A DNA stretch of 64,000 nucleotides from Chitinivibrionales bacterium (GTDB lineage Bacteria; Fibrobacterota; Chitinivibrionia; Chitinivibrionales; WJKA01), in the NCBI GenBank assembly GCA_038247415.1, contig JBBRUX010000013.1:1-64000 (forward strand), given 5' to 3'. Below, piece after piece: positions 18,226-30,200 of the stretch. Position 1 is the stretch's first letter. The number at the start of each line of letters is the position of its first letter. The translations under genes and the position numbers were made by a program. The notes below the pieces were generated by a model that did not search any database, was not told the origin of the DNA, and worked only from the letters and a program-made list of their open reading frames with translations.

Positions 18226-21000
18226 CTAAAAAAGGCAGGTCAGGTGCAAGCCCCCCATGGGTGCTGTATAAGTATCGGTGCTGCCTGTTGTTTGATCTGC
18301 ACTTTTTTCGTATCGAATTAAAAGTCCCAGCGACATTTTGGGATTAAAATTGTACTTCGCCTCGGTTTCTACTGCGTAAAATCTGGTTACTGTAGTAGCA
18401 TTCGTGCCCGAATCGCTTACTTCTGAATCGGCCTTGTGAGAATATTCGCCATTTACATCCAATGACAAAACTCTCGGAATAACGTAAAATGTCGAATAAT
18501 CCGCGATTTTATACGAGAGTCCTGAGAATGAATTTCTATTCTGGTGCTTTGTAGCAATTCGACCAGAAATTCTATTTTTAAAGATTTTTTTAACACGAAA
18601 AGAGGATCGAGCAGAAATCTGATGTTGAATTCCATCTCCGAGATTTTGCTGCGTTGCATCTGCATATGCGGTAAGATCATTATTAAAGAGAACCTGATAT
18701 TTAATGCTATAATCTGAATTATTTTCGAATTTTTGCTTGGCTTCTAAACCAATTTGGTTATCAAATTGTTGCGTTGTTAATTTTTGAATCGCTTCGACCG
18801 AGTCCCCTTGCGGGATATAATTCTCACGTGTTAAACTGTTTTCAAATGATCCCGTATACTCAAGCGATAAAGCTGGCACTCGTCCCTTCTGCGTAAGTTC
18901 GCCGCTTGCCGATAGCGTGTTACGATCTACAGGAGATCCAGTCCCCTGCTCTAAATCAAATACCTGTGATTTTGATCTTCGCTCATACGAATAATTAACC
19001 GTAGCAGAAATATCTTCGGTAACCTGTTTGTCATCTGCAAGAGCAATAACCCTGCGATCTGGTTCTAAATATGGATTTCCTGCCGAAAAGTAGCGAGGCC
19101 CAATGGTTGTGTATGATCCACTGAGGGCATGGCCTTTATAGGTTCCCACGGCATTAAACGAGAGCGCGTAATTTTTTCCAGTACCTATCGATCCAAACAC
19201 CGAGGGTATTGCTTTGTTTACTTGAGGATTATACCAAGCGATTGCATTTGCCTCATCGATACTGCTTGTATCCAGAGTATCATGATTGCCCATATCGATT
19301 TCTCCGGTAAGAGCAAGAGCTCCTCCCAAAAGATTAACAGTAGCATCGATACATCCGGTTTGTGCGCGTACCGGCAATGGCGCTAATGGATCGGTAATGA
19401 CTTTTCTAAAAATTGGATTGTGCGTCTGATCGCGCGAAATAATCCCTTTAACATTGATAGTAGTAAAAAGGTTTGGCTTAATTGCAAGCCCGGCTACATA
19501 GGTTATTTGTTGACGCAAAGACATTCCAGAATCTACCGTATTGTTATATATTGACAAATCGTGATCTCCGGTATCCTTGGCTACTTCTGTTTCTCCTCCA
19601 GAAAGCTTAAATGACAACAAATTAGAACCGCGACCGATAGGCATAAATTCTCCGGAATACTGTAACCCGGTAATTTTTCGACCAGCAATAGAGGTCTCGG
19701 ATCCATTCTCGAAAAAGTCCCCAAGCACAAGGTGCTGCGCCTGGTAATTAGCAGAGAGATTAACCATGTTCTTTTTAACATGGAGAGGAAGATCTACCCA
19801 TTGATTTCCATATAAGTCAACCAGAAGATTGATATCAGCATTCTGCTGACGGCCGCTGGTAAAAATTTGCAGCTCGGGTTGAAATCCGTCTATAGCCGCC
19901 GGGCCCTCGGGGTATCGTGTTTGCAAAGAACCATCGGGATTGGATGAAGTGGCTTTATAATAGCGAAATCCGGTGGTAACATTACCCATGAAGCTTACGG
20001 TTTGTTCACGCTGTGCTGCAAGGGCCGAAAATCCTGGAGTAAATCCATCTGCAAGAGAAATTGCTCCATTTGACTTTGGGAGAGCAAGTGTATGAACTGG
20101 TTCTGGCGGCTTAGCGAGCACTTCAAATTTTTCGGGCGTTTCTACCGAAGCATCTACAAGATTATCATACACCATTTCCAAAAGCTTTTTGGGCCAAGCC
20201 CGTTGCGTCACAACCCCTTTGCCATTGTGTATAATATCGGCGCCAATAATTGCAATACGCGATTGTTCTGCAGCTACCACCCCTGTCCCATTACCTTTAA
20301 TCACACCACCCATAAGCGTAAGATCGCTTTGGGAAGCGCACACAAGAGCCGTTGTATTATCGAATATCTTTAAACTCTCTGCCTTTACAACTGCGCCAGC
20401 AAGGAGGAGGAGCGCTTGCACATGCCCTTTGTAAAACGAACTTCTTTGAATGCTAACTTCGGCATTGCGAACAACAAGTCCGCACAGCGAATTCGCCCTA
20501 AATTCGCACCCGTCAAACGATGCAGAGCCATTTTCTACATACACACCATAATTTGCATGCTCAATAACACACCCTTCAAAAACAGACCGGGCTTTAGACC
20601 GACAATAAATTCGATCCCAGTCCCATGGATCGGGGTCTTTTTTTGCAGAGCGGATTACTACAGGATCGGTACTCGTTCCATTGACAAGCATTTGTCCAAA
20701 AACAGTAATGGTAGAGTACTTTCCGCCCACAAAGATTCTGCACCCAGAGCCAAAGATTAGTTTTTCTCCCGATGGAACAATAATGCTGCCCTCGATCAAA
20801 TAAGGGCCATTTTCTTTTGTAAAATTCCCAAACAATAAACCTGCCGGAATAATTGTCTGATAGACTGTTGGCACAGAATCAGCTTCTTTAGCAATCATGC
20901 TGACAAACTTGGTTTCAAGAGCCATACCCGTTGAAGCCATCATTACAATGATGCCCCAGACATATACCACTTGGAACCACGCCCGCGTACCTTTATACAT
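18226..21000 (-). CDS. Exported right-handed beta-helix protein with probable C-terminal outer-membrane beta-barrel
   Basis: Signal peptide; PYLIEGSIIVPSG...PVVIRS...WDWDRI followed by beta-helix coils; amphipathic beta strands and terminal Phe. Confidence 0.6.
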   Translation of the reverse strand: MYKGTRAWFQVVYVWGIIVMMASTGMALETKFVSMIAKEADSVPTVYQTIIPAGLLFGNFTKENGPYLIEGSIIVPSGEKLIFGSGCRIFVGGKYSTITVFGQMLVNGTSTDPVVIRSAKKDPDPWDWDRIYCRSKARSVFEGCVIEHANYGVYVENGSASFDGCEFRANSLCGLVVRNAEVSIQRSSFYKGHVQALLLLAGAVVKAESLKIFDNTTALVCASQSDLTLMGGVIKGNGTGVVAAEQSRIAIIGADIIHNGKGVVTQRAWPKKLLEMVYDNLVDASVETPEKFEVLAKPPEPVHTLALPKSNGAISLADGFTPGFSALAAQREQTVSFMGNVTTGFRYYKATSSNPDGSLQTRYPEGPAAIDGFQPELQIFTSGRQQNADINLLVDLYGNQWVDLPLHVKKNMVNLSANYQAQHLVLGDFFENGSETSIAGRKITGLQYSGEFMPIGRGSNLLSFKLSGGETEVAKDTGDHDLSIYNNTVDSGMSLRQQITYVAGLAIKPNLFTTINVKGIISRDQTHNPIFRKVITDPLAPLPVRAQTGCIDATVNLLGGALALTGEIDMGNHDTLDTSSIDEANAIAWYNPQVNKAIPSVFGSIGTGKNYALSFNAVGTYKGHALSGSYTTIGPRYFSAGNPYLEPDRRVIALADDKQVTEDISATVNYSYERRSKSQVFDLEQGTGSPVDRNTLSASGELTQKGRVPALSLEYTGSFENSLTRENYIPQGDSVEAIQKLTTQQFDNQIGLEAKQKFENNSDYSIKYQVLFNNDLTAYADATQQNLGDGIQHQISARSSFRVKKIFKNRISGRIATKHQNRNSFSGLSYKIADYSTFYVIPRVLSLDVNGEYSHKADSEVSDSGTNATTVTRFYAVETEAKYNFNPKMSLGLLIRYEKSADQTTGSTDTYTAPMGGLHLTCLF

Positions 21001-21048
21001 GCAATTCCCCTTATTAAAGACTTACTTCATAACGCACGATACAGTTTT

Positions 21049-21624
21049 TTACCAGGCTTCACCTGTTGGTGTGCTCACCACAAACGTGGGCGAACCCTTG
21101 CTCTTAGTAGCAACTTCCCCAACAAGAAATACACGTTCACCTACACTCGATAAAAAGCCCGCATACACTTTATTTTCTAACGGAAGAATTTCTAATGCTT
21201 CGCTCTTCGACCGACATACCATCTCGCCATTAACAAAGCGCATATACACTGAAGCTGTGCTATCATATATAACTACACATAAACCTCGGCTCTTGATATG
21301 TGCCGTTCCGTTGACAAGACTAAAAATCAAAGTATCGGGATGTCTGTGCTGCAAAACAACTATTGTATTTTCAGATACTTGGGCCCATCCTTGATCCCAA
21401 GCAATCCGAATTCCAGACTCCGCTTTGGTGCTTATGCAATCACCTTGTTTAATAACGCTGCCCACAGAGAGCGCCTTTACCTGTGGAGCTCCCTTATGAC
21501 TCCCAGTCACCACACCAACAATCGACTTTACAAATATGTCTTGAGCATGTGTAAGAGTCCATCCCGCAAGGAGCCAAGTGATTGCTTTTATAAGAAGTTT
21601 GTACCTGCAAAAAAACCTCTTCAT
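21049..21624 (-). CDS. Exported FecR-like domain protein
   Basis: Signal peptide; VGSVIKQGDCISTKAESGIRI...VSENT...LVNG. Confidence 0.55.
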   Translation of the reverse strand: MKRFFCRYKLLIKAITWLLAGWTLTHAQDIFVKSIVGVVTGSHKGAPQVKALSVGSVIKQGDCISTKAESGIRIAWDQGWAQVSENTIVVLQHRHPDTLIFSLVNGTAHIKSRGLCVVIYDSTASVYMRFVNGEMVCRSKSEALEILPLENKVYAGFLSSVGERVFLVGEVATKSKGSPTFVVSTPTGEAW

Positions 21625-21778
21625 CCACCTAACTCCTCAGTTCACAGAGAGATACCAATCTGTTTATTCTACTATCAGTGGTTTAAAAGGGTCAACATAA
21701 CCCTGCTCATGACCACGGAGTGCAGATATATATTTTTATCCAGATTATCCCGAATCATTATTAGCTTAAGGTACAATC

Positions 21779-22253
21779 ATGAATTTTCTGCTTATAGGTA
21801 TTTTTGTTCTTGGATATGCGTTTATCGCCTTTGAATCACCTTTAAAGATTAATAAAGCTGCTATTGTTTTGCTAACTGCGGGCATTCTTTGGACATTGCT
21901 ATCATTTTCCCATTCCGGCCACGAGACCACGCTTCATGCGCTGGATCGATGGACGCATAACAACGCAAAACATTATTTCTGAAACCTTTTTGCCTCCGCT
22001 GGCCTGCCTTATTGTGCCTTTAGCGCTTGCCACATTTTTATGTAGGCCTGGGTCAGTTATGCTCTCCCGGGAAGTCCAACCACTTGTCACGATGACTTCC
22101 CATCAGAACACACAATCGGATGGGCCGTTGCCACTCATACTTCTTATCCTCGGCATTGGGGTACTCCTTATGGTTCCTGTTTTCAAGGCGCTGACAGGAC
22201 TTCCTCCCTATATTGGTATAGTGTGCGGGCTTGGAATTTTTTTGGTATTGTAA
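21779..22253 (+). pseudogene. nhaD: NhaD-type Na+/H+ antiporter remnant
   Basis: N-terminal IFVLGYAFIAFESPLKINKAA joined, in another frame, to WIDGRITT...FLPPLACLIVPL and LLMVPVFKALTGLPPYIG; the middle and C-terminus are missing. Confidence 0.7.
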
Positions 22254-22328
22254 ACTAATAGTGCCCTTGGCATTGTGCGGATATATAGCAGGTGCACTCG
22301 TTTTTATAGCAATGAAGTAGCCGCCTGC

Positions 22329-24011
22329 TTACACAAGAAGATCGGCCAGCGTTTGACTTAACTCAGATAAATTAAAAGGCTTTTGAATAAATCCAGCTAT
22401 ACCTCGCGAAATTATCTTTTGCGTATCGGATGCAAGATTATACCCTGTTGCCATGCATATAACCACATTCGGATTAATTTTTTTAAGAGCAGTAACGCAC
22501 TCGTAGCCACTCATCTGTGGCATATTCATATCGATGATAACCAGATTGATTTCATGACAATGTTCGGAATACCATGAAACAGCCTTCGATGGATTTCCTT
22601 CTATATGCGGAGTATACCCGAGCTCTTTGAGCATTGCATTGACAACTTTCAAAATCAGATCGTCGTCATCAACAACCAAAATATTTCCAGTGCCTCTCAC
22701 AATAGCACCGCCTAAATAGGCCAAACCTTGCTTTTGTGGCTCTACAAGCGGCAACAAAAGCGAAAATGTAGTACCTTTAGAAACCTGACTATCGACCTCA
22801 ATAAGACCATTATGGCTTTTTATTGTTCCGTAAACGCTTGCCAGCCCTAAACCCGTACCTTTTCCTGGTGGCTTTGTAGTAAAAAAGGGCTCAAATGCTC
22901 GGGCGAGCGTGGCACTATCCATACCGCAGCCAGTATCGCTTACCCCAATGCGAACATAGCGGGTTACCTTAGCCGACCCAGAAGCAGAATCTGATCCTAC
23001 TAGTTCAGAGCTAAAAGTAAGGGTTCCACCTTGCGCCATTGCATCTCTCGCATTAACTGCAAGATTAAGCATTACATTTTGCAATTGGCCAAAATCTCCT
23101 AAAACTTTTATCTCTGTTTCATACAGTCGCTCAACAATTTTAATACGACGATCTATCGTGTGTGTCAATAATTTTACAACACTGCTTATAATCTGGTTTA
23201 TATCAACGGGTGCAAAGGCAACGGGGGTTTTTCTAGCAAAAGCCAGAAGTTGACCCGTGAGATCTTCTGCACGTTTGGCAGTATCTATAATCATGGCTAA
23301 GTTATCGCGCAAGCGGGGATCTGCAGCGCCATATTTACGCTCCAGCAATTGTGCAATTCCTAAAATTCCGCCAAGCATATTATTAAAATCGTGCGCAACA
23401 CCTCCAGCTAATTGACCAAATGCTTCCATTTTTTGAGCTTGGTGAAGCTGCTCATTTGATGCTTTGAGATCTTCTTCCGATTTTTTTTGAGCCGTAATAT
23501 CGTGGGAAATTCCCCACGTGCCAACAATTGTCCCAGTATTGTCGATAAGAGGCATTTTACTTGTTTGCGCCCAGGTGATGTGCCCATCGGGATATGTTTC
23601 TTTTTCTTGTAAATCGAGGATCGGCTTTCCAGTTTGAATAATCCTCTTTTCATCTGCAAGAGCCGCTTGCGCATGTTCGTGTGCAAAAAAATCGGAATCG
23701 GCTTTGCCAATAACTTTATTCGCGTCGGTTGTACCAGCGATAAGCATTGCCAATCTACTGCTCACTAATGTAAATCGTGATTGTAAATCTTTAAAATAGA
23801 TTGAATCGGGTGACTGCTCAAGAATAGATTCGAGATAAAAGGCAGCCAATGGCAAAGATTCTGGGTTTATTTTAGATAGCCTGGAACTACTAAATTCGTC
23901 TGATTTCCCGGTTTGTTCTGCCAGAATAGGCGCATCTAGTTTATTAGAAATAGGTGGTATTTCATCATCAAGCAAATTATTTTTTTTCCGAAAACTGTCA
24001 AATAATCCCAT
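22329..24011 (-). CDS. Cytoplasmic PAS hybrid histidine kinase/response regulator
   Basis: PAS (DSIYFKDLQSRF), GVAHDFNN, NLAVNARDAM, PFFTTK...GTGLGL, receiver domain ILVVDD...DMNMP...QKPF; no TM. Confidence 0.93.
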   Translation of the reverse strand: MGLFDSFRKKNNLLDDEIPPISNKLDAPILAEQTGKSDEFSSSRLSKINPESLPLAAFYLESILEQSPDSIYFKDLQSRFTLVSSRLAMLIAGTTDANKVIGKADSDFFAHEHAQAALADEKRIIQTGKPILDLQEKETYPDGHITWAQTSKMPLIDNTGTIVGTWGISHDITAQKKSEEDLKASNEQLHQAQKMEAFGQLAGGVAHDFNNMLGGILGIAQLLERKYGAADPRLRDNLAMIIDTAKRAEDLTGQLLAFARKTPVAFAPVDINQIISSVVKLLTHTIDRRIKIVERLYETEIKVLGDFGQLQNVMLNLAVNARDAMAQGGTLTFSSELVGSDSASGSAKVTRYVRIGVSDTGCGMDSATLARAFEPFFTTKPPGKGTGLGLASVYGTIKSHNGLIEVDSQVSKGTTFSLLLPLVEPQKQGLAYLGGAIVRGTGNILVVDDDDLILKVVNAMLKELGYTPHIEGNPSKAVSWYSEHCHEINLVIIDMNMPQMSGYECVTALKKINPNVVICMATGYNLASDTQKIISRGIAGFIQKPFNLSELSQTLADLLV

Positions 24012-24043
24012 GATACTTCCAATTTGAAAAAGTGCTCTGTGTC

Positions 24044-27000
24044 TTATCGTATTGTTATAAAACTACTGTCTATTTTCTGAGAATAATAGCACAAACGTAT
24101 CCAATCTTGGCTCATTGCTTTTCGCATTACAATGGCTTCATCCATTACCCCAGAAAAATAGAGGGGGTTCCCTGGGTCGGCATTGCTACCAAGCGAAAAT
24201 TTTTCATTAGCATTTGTAAAAGACAACGTCCCAAGAGGAACAAAATCTCCTAATTGCGTTGTACCCCCGGATATTTTAACTACATTTCCATCGAGAAAAC
24301 ATGTAAGGCTGCGCGTTGTTTGATTGACAACCCACGTAACAACATGCCAGTTCGTGTCGGGTGAATACCAATTAGAGGCATATTCATTCCAGAGCCTCGA
24401 TGCCCCTAGGTTTAAACTGTACCTGAGTTTCCCGAAAACTACCTGTATAAAGGTTTTATACCCAGATTGCGTCTCATAGTCGCATTTGCTTACTAGAGAA
24501 CCCTCTTGAGCAGGATTGGAGCTCAATTTATACCATGTAGAAAAAGTATAATTTCCATTTTTAAAATTTAAGCTCCCATTTGAGGGTATTCCCATAGTAA
24601 TATCCTGTGAGCTTCCATTAAACGACCGCGCAGTACCAATGGCGCCAACCACGGCAGGAGGGCCATTGAGCGTTCCATTGTTTTTGTAAATGGTTGCATC
24701 TGTTGCATTTGCCCCAAGATGCCATACACCCGCAAACCCTGTGGCGGTATCGAATACAAGAGCCCCATCGGCACGATTTCCACTCCGGTCTTCTCTCCAC
24801 TCTGCAGTAATATATTGTGTATCGCAATTGGCAAGAATCGTATCTACAAGGACCCAACAAATCCCACTATGTGACACAGTATCCCATTTCTCTACTTCGT
24901 AAGGCAGTTCGGTTCCATTCTTCTTTGTAAATACTAAACCTCCTCGCGCAAGCGATGCATTTGCAAGAATAGTAGTATCGACTCGAACTAAAAGCGGAAA
25001 TTTATAAAGAGCAGAGGTAACATTTGCCCCAGTGGGCGTAGTATTGAAAAAGAGCTTTTTTGCCACGGGTGTAGTAGCTTGTTCAGTTACATAAATACGC
25101 ATAGAATCTTTATTGCCTGCAGCATCCTCTACCCGAAAAATAATTGCAGTTGCCTGCCTTGAATACTTTGTTCTGTCAAGTACGGCATAAAAGGTTTTCT
25201 GGGTGCCTATTTCTTTTTGAGTGAGTACCCCATTACTAAACATACTTATGATAAATTGTTCACCAGTTACAGAATCGGGATCTGTAATTGTGGCAATAAT
25301 AGTATCAAACGCTGTTTGAGCCGACAAAAGGAGGGTATCACCAGTGAGTCTTTGGCTTGTGGATTGCAAAGATAATGTAGGTGGCCGGTTAAACTCTGGC
25401 AAACAAGTAACAGTATAAGGAACAAGCACTTGTTCGTATCCGTCAAAAAGAGTTAGAGTAAACGATTGCCTGCCAGTATCGGTTACTGCTGGCATAAACC
25501 AAAAAATAGAATCGTCGTTTATCCCCCATGTGCCTTTACAGGTAAGCGACACAGTGCTGACAACCACTACATCAAAATCGGGATCTGCAATCCTAAACGT
25601 GTCGGAAAACATGCTCGAAACTTTAGTTGTTGGCGATTCCAAAAGATTGTAAATCTGAGGCTTAGCATTTTTATAAATAGTATAAAACTGCTGAGCACTT
25701 TTTCCAACTTTATCGGTGACAATAATCGACAAAGGATTACCCAGACTCTTATGCTTGAGCGGCATAGTGTATTTCCATACATATTTTTGAGTATCCGGAA
25801 AGGCAGTCACACCATTTATAGAAACTTTTTCTACACCGCTGCCTTCGTCAAACGCCAATACTTTAATACGTGCGCTGTCAGAATCTTCGTAGGTTAGAAT
25901 GTTTGCTGGGTGGGAATTTATGGTAACGTCTATAATAGCTGGCGAAATGGTGTCTGCAAAGCCAGGCGAATACAGTATAGTGCGCTGTAAAGACACCTGT
26001 GCTTTAGAGATTGAATCGGTTGCAATTACTAAAATATTATTATTCCCTTGCCGCATAGTAACAAAAACACTAAAAAGCGCACTCCCTACCCCTCGGGCCA
26101 CAAAAGGCAATCCCATACTATCGTTAACAATTACAACCATATTCATAGAGAGATTTTGGTGAGCAAAATCACGAACTACCCCAAAGAGTGTTGTTGAAAA
26201 AGCAGAACTGTTTGATGTATCGGTTGAAGGCGAAATAATGCTTAAGCTATAAGGAACAGCATTAGCGGCAAGGCTATCATACCGTACACATAAGATTAAG
26301 GTATCAGCATTAAGGAATCTGTCAACCGCAGCAATCTGTAGCCGAAAAGGAGAAATCTTCGTTTGAGCAATAATATTGGTACATATATACGTATAAACAT
26401 CAGGACTAACTGGGTTCGCTTGAATTCCGTTAAAAGAAACGTATGCCACGGAATTAGAATTTGCATCGGTGATGCGGAAAGCAATAGGCACAGTATCACT
26501 TGATGTCCCAATAGTATCACCATGTGCGTATTCGATAGGGGGACTAATACGCTCGATATGGGGCGGGGTTTCATCACGAGCACTGCACACAAAAGGTAGT
26601 TTTGGAGAAATGAATTTTTCACGAGAATCTGAAACCCATACATAGCCAAGAGTATCTGTAGTACTTGCAGAATAGAGCGCCTCCTGCAAAGCGAAAGAGG
26701 AGACAATGAGCATATGAGATCCTATTTGCCAATGATAAAGAACATCCTTATCTTTAACGGAATCGGATGAAAATGTTACCTTTGTTCCATTTTCAACATC
26801 TATTGGACTCTGGTACAAAGGAGAAATTGCTTTAATCCAAATTACATCTGATAGTATTTCCCCATTTTTTCGGTAGGTAGAAAGTGCTATTTTTGATAAG
26901 CCTGTGTCTACGAGCGAAAAATTTATTTTAAAAGTAGGAGATGACAATCGCACAAGAGAGTCCATTGCAAACGAAAAATGGGTTCCCAGCCGGCTATTAG

Positions 27001-27235
27001 GAATAGCTACAACACACGAATCTACAAGCTGGGGCAATGCCACAACACAACTGAGCGTTTCTCGAGAAAAAATTTCTACGCTACCTTTGGCCCCCATTTC
27101 AAATGTTTGAGCAACCACATGAATTCTTGCGCGGGAATAATCTGAAAAAGGAGAATACGGCGATTGACATCGTATAAGTACGCCTGCAAGCATCACCAGA
27201 ACAATGTATCCGCCACTAATCAAAAGTTTTTTCAT
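24044..27235 (-). CDS. Large lipoprotein with Ig-like repeats, DUF2341-like and LamG domains (paralog B)
   Basis: Lipoprotein-like signal ending in IRC; FPLLVRVD...LPYEVEKWD...WVLVDTI, GVWHL, FSGVMDE...DWIRLCY. Confidence 0.7.
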   Translation of the reverse strand: MKKLLISGGYIVLVMLAGVLIRCQSPYSPFSDYSRARIHVVAQTFEMGAKGSVEIFSRETLSCVVALPQLVDSCVVAIPNSRLGTHFSFAMDSLVRLSSPTFKINFSLVDTGLSKIALSTYRKNGEILSDVIWIKAISPLYQSPIDVENGTKVTFSSDSVKDKDVLYHWQIGSHMLIVSSFALQEALYSASTTDTLGYVWVSDSREKFISPKLPFVCSARDETPPHIERISPPIEYAHGDTIGTSSDTVPIAFRITDANSNSVAYVSFNGIQANPVSPDVYTYICTNIIAQTKISPFRLQIAAVDRFLNADTLILCVRYDSLAANAVPYSLSIISPSTDTSNSSAFSTTLFGVVRDFAHQNLSMNMVVIVNDSMGLPFVARGVGSALFSVFVTMRQGNNNILVIATDSISKAQVSLQRTILYSPGFADTISPAIIDVTINSHPANILTYEDSDSARIKVLAFDEGSGVEKVSINGVTAFPDTQKYVWKYTMPLKHKSLGNPLSIIVTDKVGKSAQQFYTIYKNAKPQIYNLLESPTTKVSSMFSDTFRIADPDFDVVVVSTVSLTCKGTWGINDDSIFWFMPAVTDTGRQSFTLTLFDGYEQVLVPYTVTCLPEFNRPPTLSLQSTSQRLTGDTLLLSAQTAFDTIIATITDPDSVTGEQFIISMFSNGVLTQKEIGTQKTFYAVLDRTKYSRQATAIIFRVEDAAGNKDSMRIYVTEQATTPVAKKLFFNTTPTGANVTSALYKFPLLVRVDTTILANASLARGGLVFTKKNGTELPYEVEKWDTVSHSGICWVLVDTILANCDTQYITAEWREDRSGNRADGALVFDTATGFAGVWHLGANATDATIYKNNGTLNGPPAVVGAIGTARSFNGSSQDITMGIPSNGSLNFKNGNYTFSTWYKLSSNPAQEGSLVSKCDYETQSGYKTFIQVVFGKLRYSLNLGASRLWNEYASNWYSPDTNWHVVTWVVNQTTRSLTCFLDGNVVKISGGTTQLGDFVPLGTLSFTNANEKFSLGSNADPGNPLYFSGVMDEAIVMRKAMSQDWIRLCYYSQKIDSSFITIR

Positions 27236-27269
27236 TTTTTTACCATAGTACGCATTGCGTTTTCTTTGG

Positions 27270-30200
27270 CTATTTAAAAGTAGCATACAGAGACCAAGAT
27301 CCCGTTGACGATTGATCCATATTCGGTGCTATTTGAGGAAATGACCCATACTTCATTGTGCACCATCTCCTAATGCCCGAAGCACCGCTAGAAGCACCAA
27401 AACTAAGCCTTCCATCACTCTGCTGCATATAGAGCCAATATCTCCCTGCTGCGAGAACTTGAGGGTTAGTTACCAGAAGAGCGTTCCAGCCTGTACTTGG
27501 AGAATTTTCTCTTGTTTCTGCTGCCAAGGTTCCAGGTACCCCATTGGGGCCATCAGCAGCATACAAGGCTAACCTCATTTTTCCTAATGCCGCAGTAATA
27601 TAGACCGATAAAGACACTGGGGAGGCAGCAACAGGAAGAAACATTTGTTGACCAAATAGCAATCCATTATTTCCGCCATCGGTTTGTGGGTAATGAGTAA
27701 GCGTATCTCCAATTTTAAAAGAAACTCCTGTACTAATCACTGGTTTTGTAAACATTCCAAATCGCGGGGTTTCGGATTGATTCGCATACGTTAATGCTAT
27801 CCAATCGGCATTGCGTTGGTTAAGACTTATTGTAAATTCGTCGATCGTTCCCTTAAAATAGCGCTCATTTGTTCCCGGACGACCTAACCGCAATGCAGTG
27901 TTCCAATTTGATCTCCCTGCTTGTGCTCCTTTTGAGACACCCTGCAACACTCCATCGAGGTAGAAAGAAGCTTCTGGTTGTGTTGATGCATTACGCATTA
28001 CAACACTTCCCAGATGCCACTGATTTACTCCATATAAGGGAACCTCGACAACGGCATTTGTTGGACCGTGGGATTCTGGATTATACCCATAATTAAAAAT
28101 ATACGAAGCAACATCATTATACGTGACAGCGCCAATTTGAGATATTGACATATGCATTTCATGCGATTCAGGCATGTCCTGATCTCCCCAGCCGTTGCAA
28201 GAAGCATTTCCTTCCCAAAAGATATGTGAAGCTTTGGTACTATTTTCTACTTTGAACCATGCAGATACCGTAAACTCGTTTGCAAATTTTAATGATGAGT
28301 CTGGTGTTTGAATATAAGTATCGACTCCATTAAAATAACGACCTTTGCCTATAATGCCATTTGTATCCTTGGTACCGAAGTTTTGAGCGTTCAAATGATT
28401 GAGAGACACATCTGAAAGGGTACCATCTTCAGAACTTAAATGCCACACGCCTCTATGCCCCGAAGCATCAAATACTTTTTGACTAGAGGCCACAATGGGA
28501 ACAGGCCATTGCATTGTAATTGATTGATCTGGATCATAAGAGACAACCGTATCCAGCAGCACCCAAACTTCTGCCCTGCGCGATAGGACATTCCATCGTT
28601 CGATCTCGAAGGGGAGAACTTTACCATTCTTATTGGTAAACTTAATAGCCCCTTGTGCTATTTTAGAAAAATCTAAAACAGATTCATCCAAACGCACCAA
28701 GAGCGGAAAAGACACCACAGGAGCATTAAGTGTCACACCAATTGGACCGGTTGGACAATAAATGGCAAGTGCATTAAGCGTAGACGCCGAAGGGTAATTA
28801 ATTAAAAGCGATACCGTATCGGAATTGTTAAAGCGATCTGTTACAACAATGCGAATAGAGCCCTGGGCACTCGAATCGGTACTCATCGCCAAAGCCTTAA
28901 ACATTTGATCAGACTCTGATGACTCAAATGTAAATCCATTATTTTGCGTTATTGCAACCTTATAGGGTCCGGCTAAAGGATCGTGACCATTAAGAATAGT
29001 GCACTCTAGCGTATTAGGACCGCGCGATGGAACAGCCCAAACACCACTCGCAATAGATCCTGACAAAGATGACACTTGTAAGGTGCATGCCTGCGCCGTT
29101 TGCGTTAAAACTTGAAATGATGTAATATATTCTGGACCAGAACCAAAGCCATCAGAATATTCTAGATCTAATATATACTCTTTTCCTGCCTGCGCAGCTG
29201 TGGGCATCCATCGTAGCACTCCTTTATCAAGAGTCATTCCATCGGGAATTATTTTTTTATATATAAACATTTGATCATTCTCTGCATCGGCTACCAAAAT
29301 CGAATCGACATACAATATACCTGCACGAACAAGCGACGTCTGCGACAACCCTTTGTAAATAACCGGCGGAGTGTTTTGGTATACCTGCCAAGTTCGGGTT
29401 GCAACTTTTCCAGCATGATCTCTTGCTCGCACGGTAATAGCAGTTCCAGAAATCGAATGAATAAGAGGAACTGTATCAATCCAAACATAGGGGATCGAAT
29501 CAAGCGCTCTAACCTGCTTATTATTTATAAATAGAGAATCTATCCCACTTTGTTCATCAAAGGCAATGATGCGCACCGGAAGAGCAAATTCCTTTACTAT
29601 CAATCCATTTAAATTCTGATTATTGCTTGTTGCTTCTAAAATTTGTGGGGGTATTGTATCAGCACTTATTATATCGCCATTCCATTGAATTAAGGTGCTC
29701 TTTGCGGCAATCTCAATTCCCATATTTGTAAGAGCACTAAGCCTTAACGACGCAACTTTTGTTGAAAGCTTAACCGACCACCAATACGTTGCAACACATC
29801 CACCCACGGTGGGAGCAAATGCATTATACAGAGAATCGTTCACCGTAAGTCGCACATTTACTTCAGACGTATCACATGTTAGCCTGCTCAGTCGTGCAAT
29901 GACGATCTGGTCGGTATTGCTTGTTATCAGAGGACTCTGCGAGGGCGATACAAATTCGAGTTGATATTTTTGCGAGGAGGGAACAGATTGAGAATAGACA
30001 AGATAATACGTTGAAAGTGCCATATTACCATAGCGATCTACTGCAGAAATCGTTACTTTAAGCGGCTGCGCAGATGTAAATCCTGTTACCGAAGAAAATA
30101 TGCGAGTATATATTGAATCGTTGCTAACATTGTCAAACTTGCTATTATTGATGGCAGCACTTGACACCGCTCCAACACCCCTATCGACAATTACTGCCTG

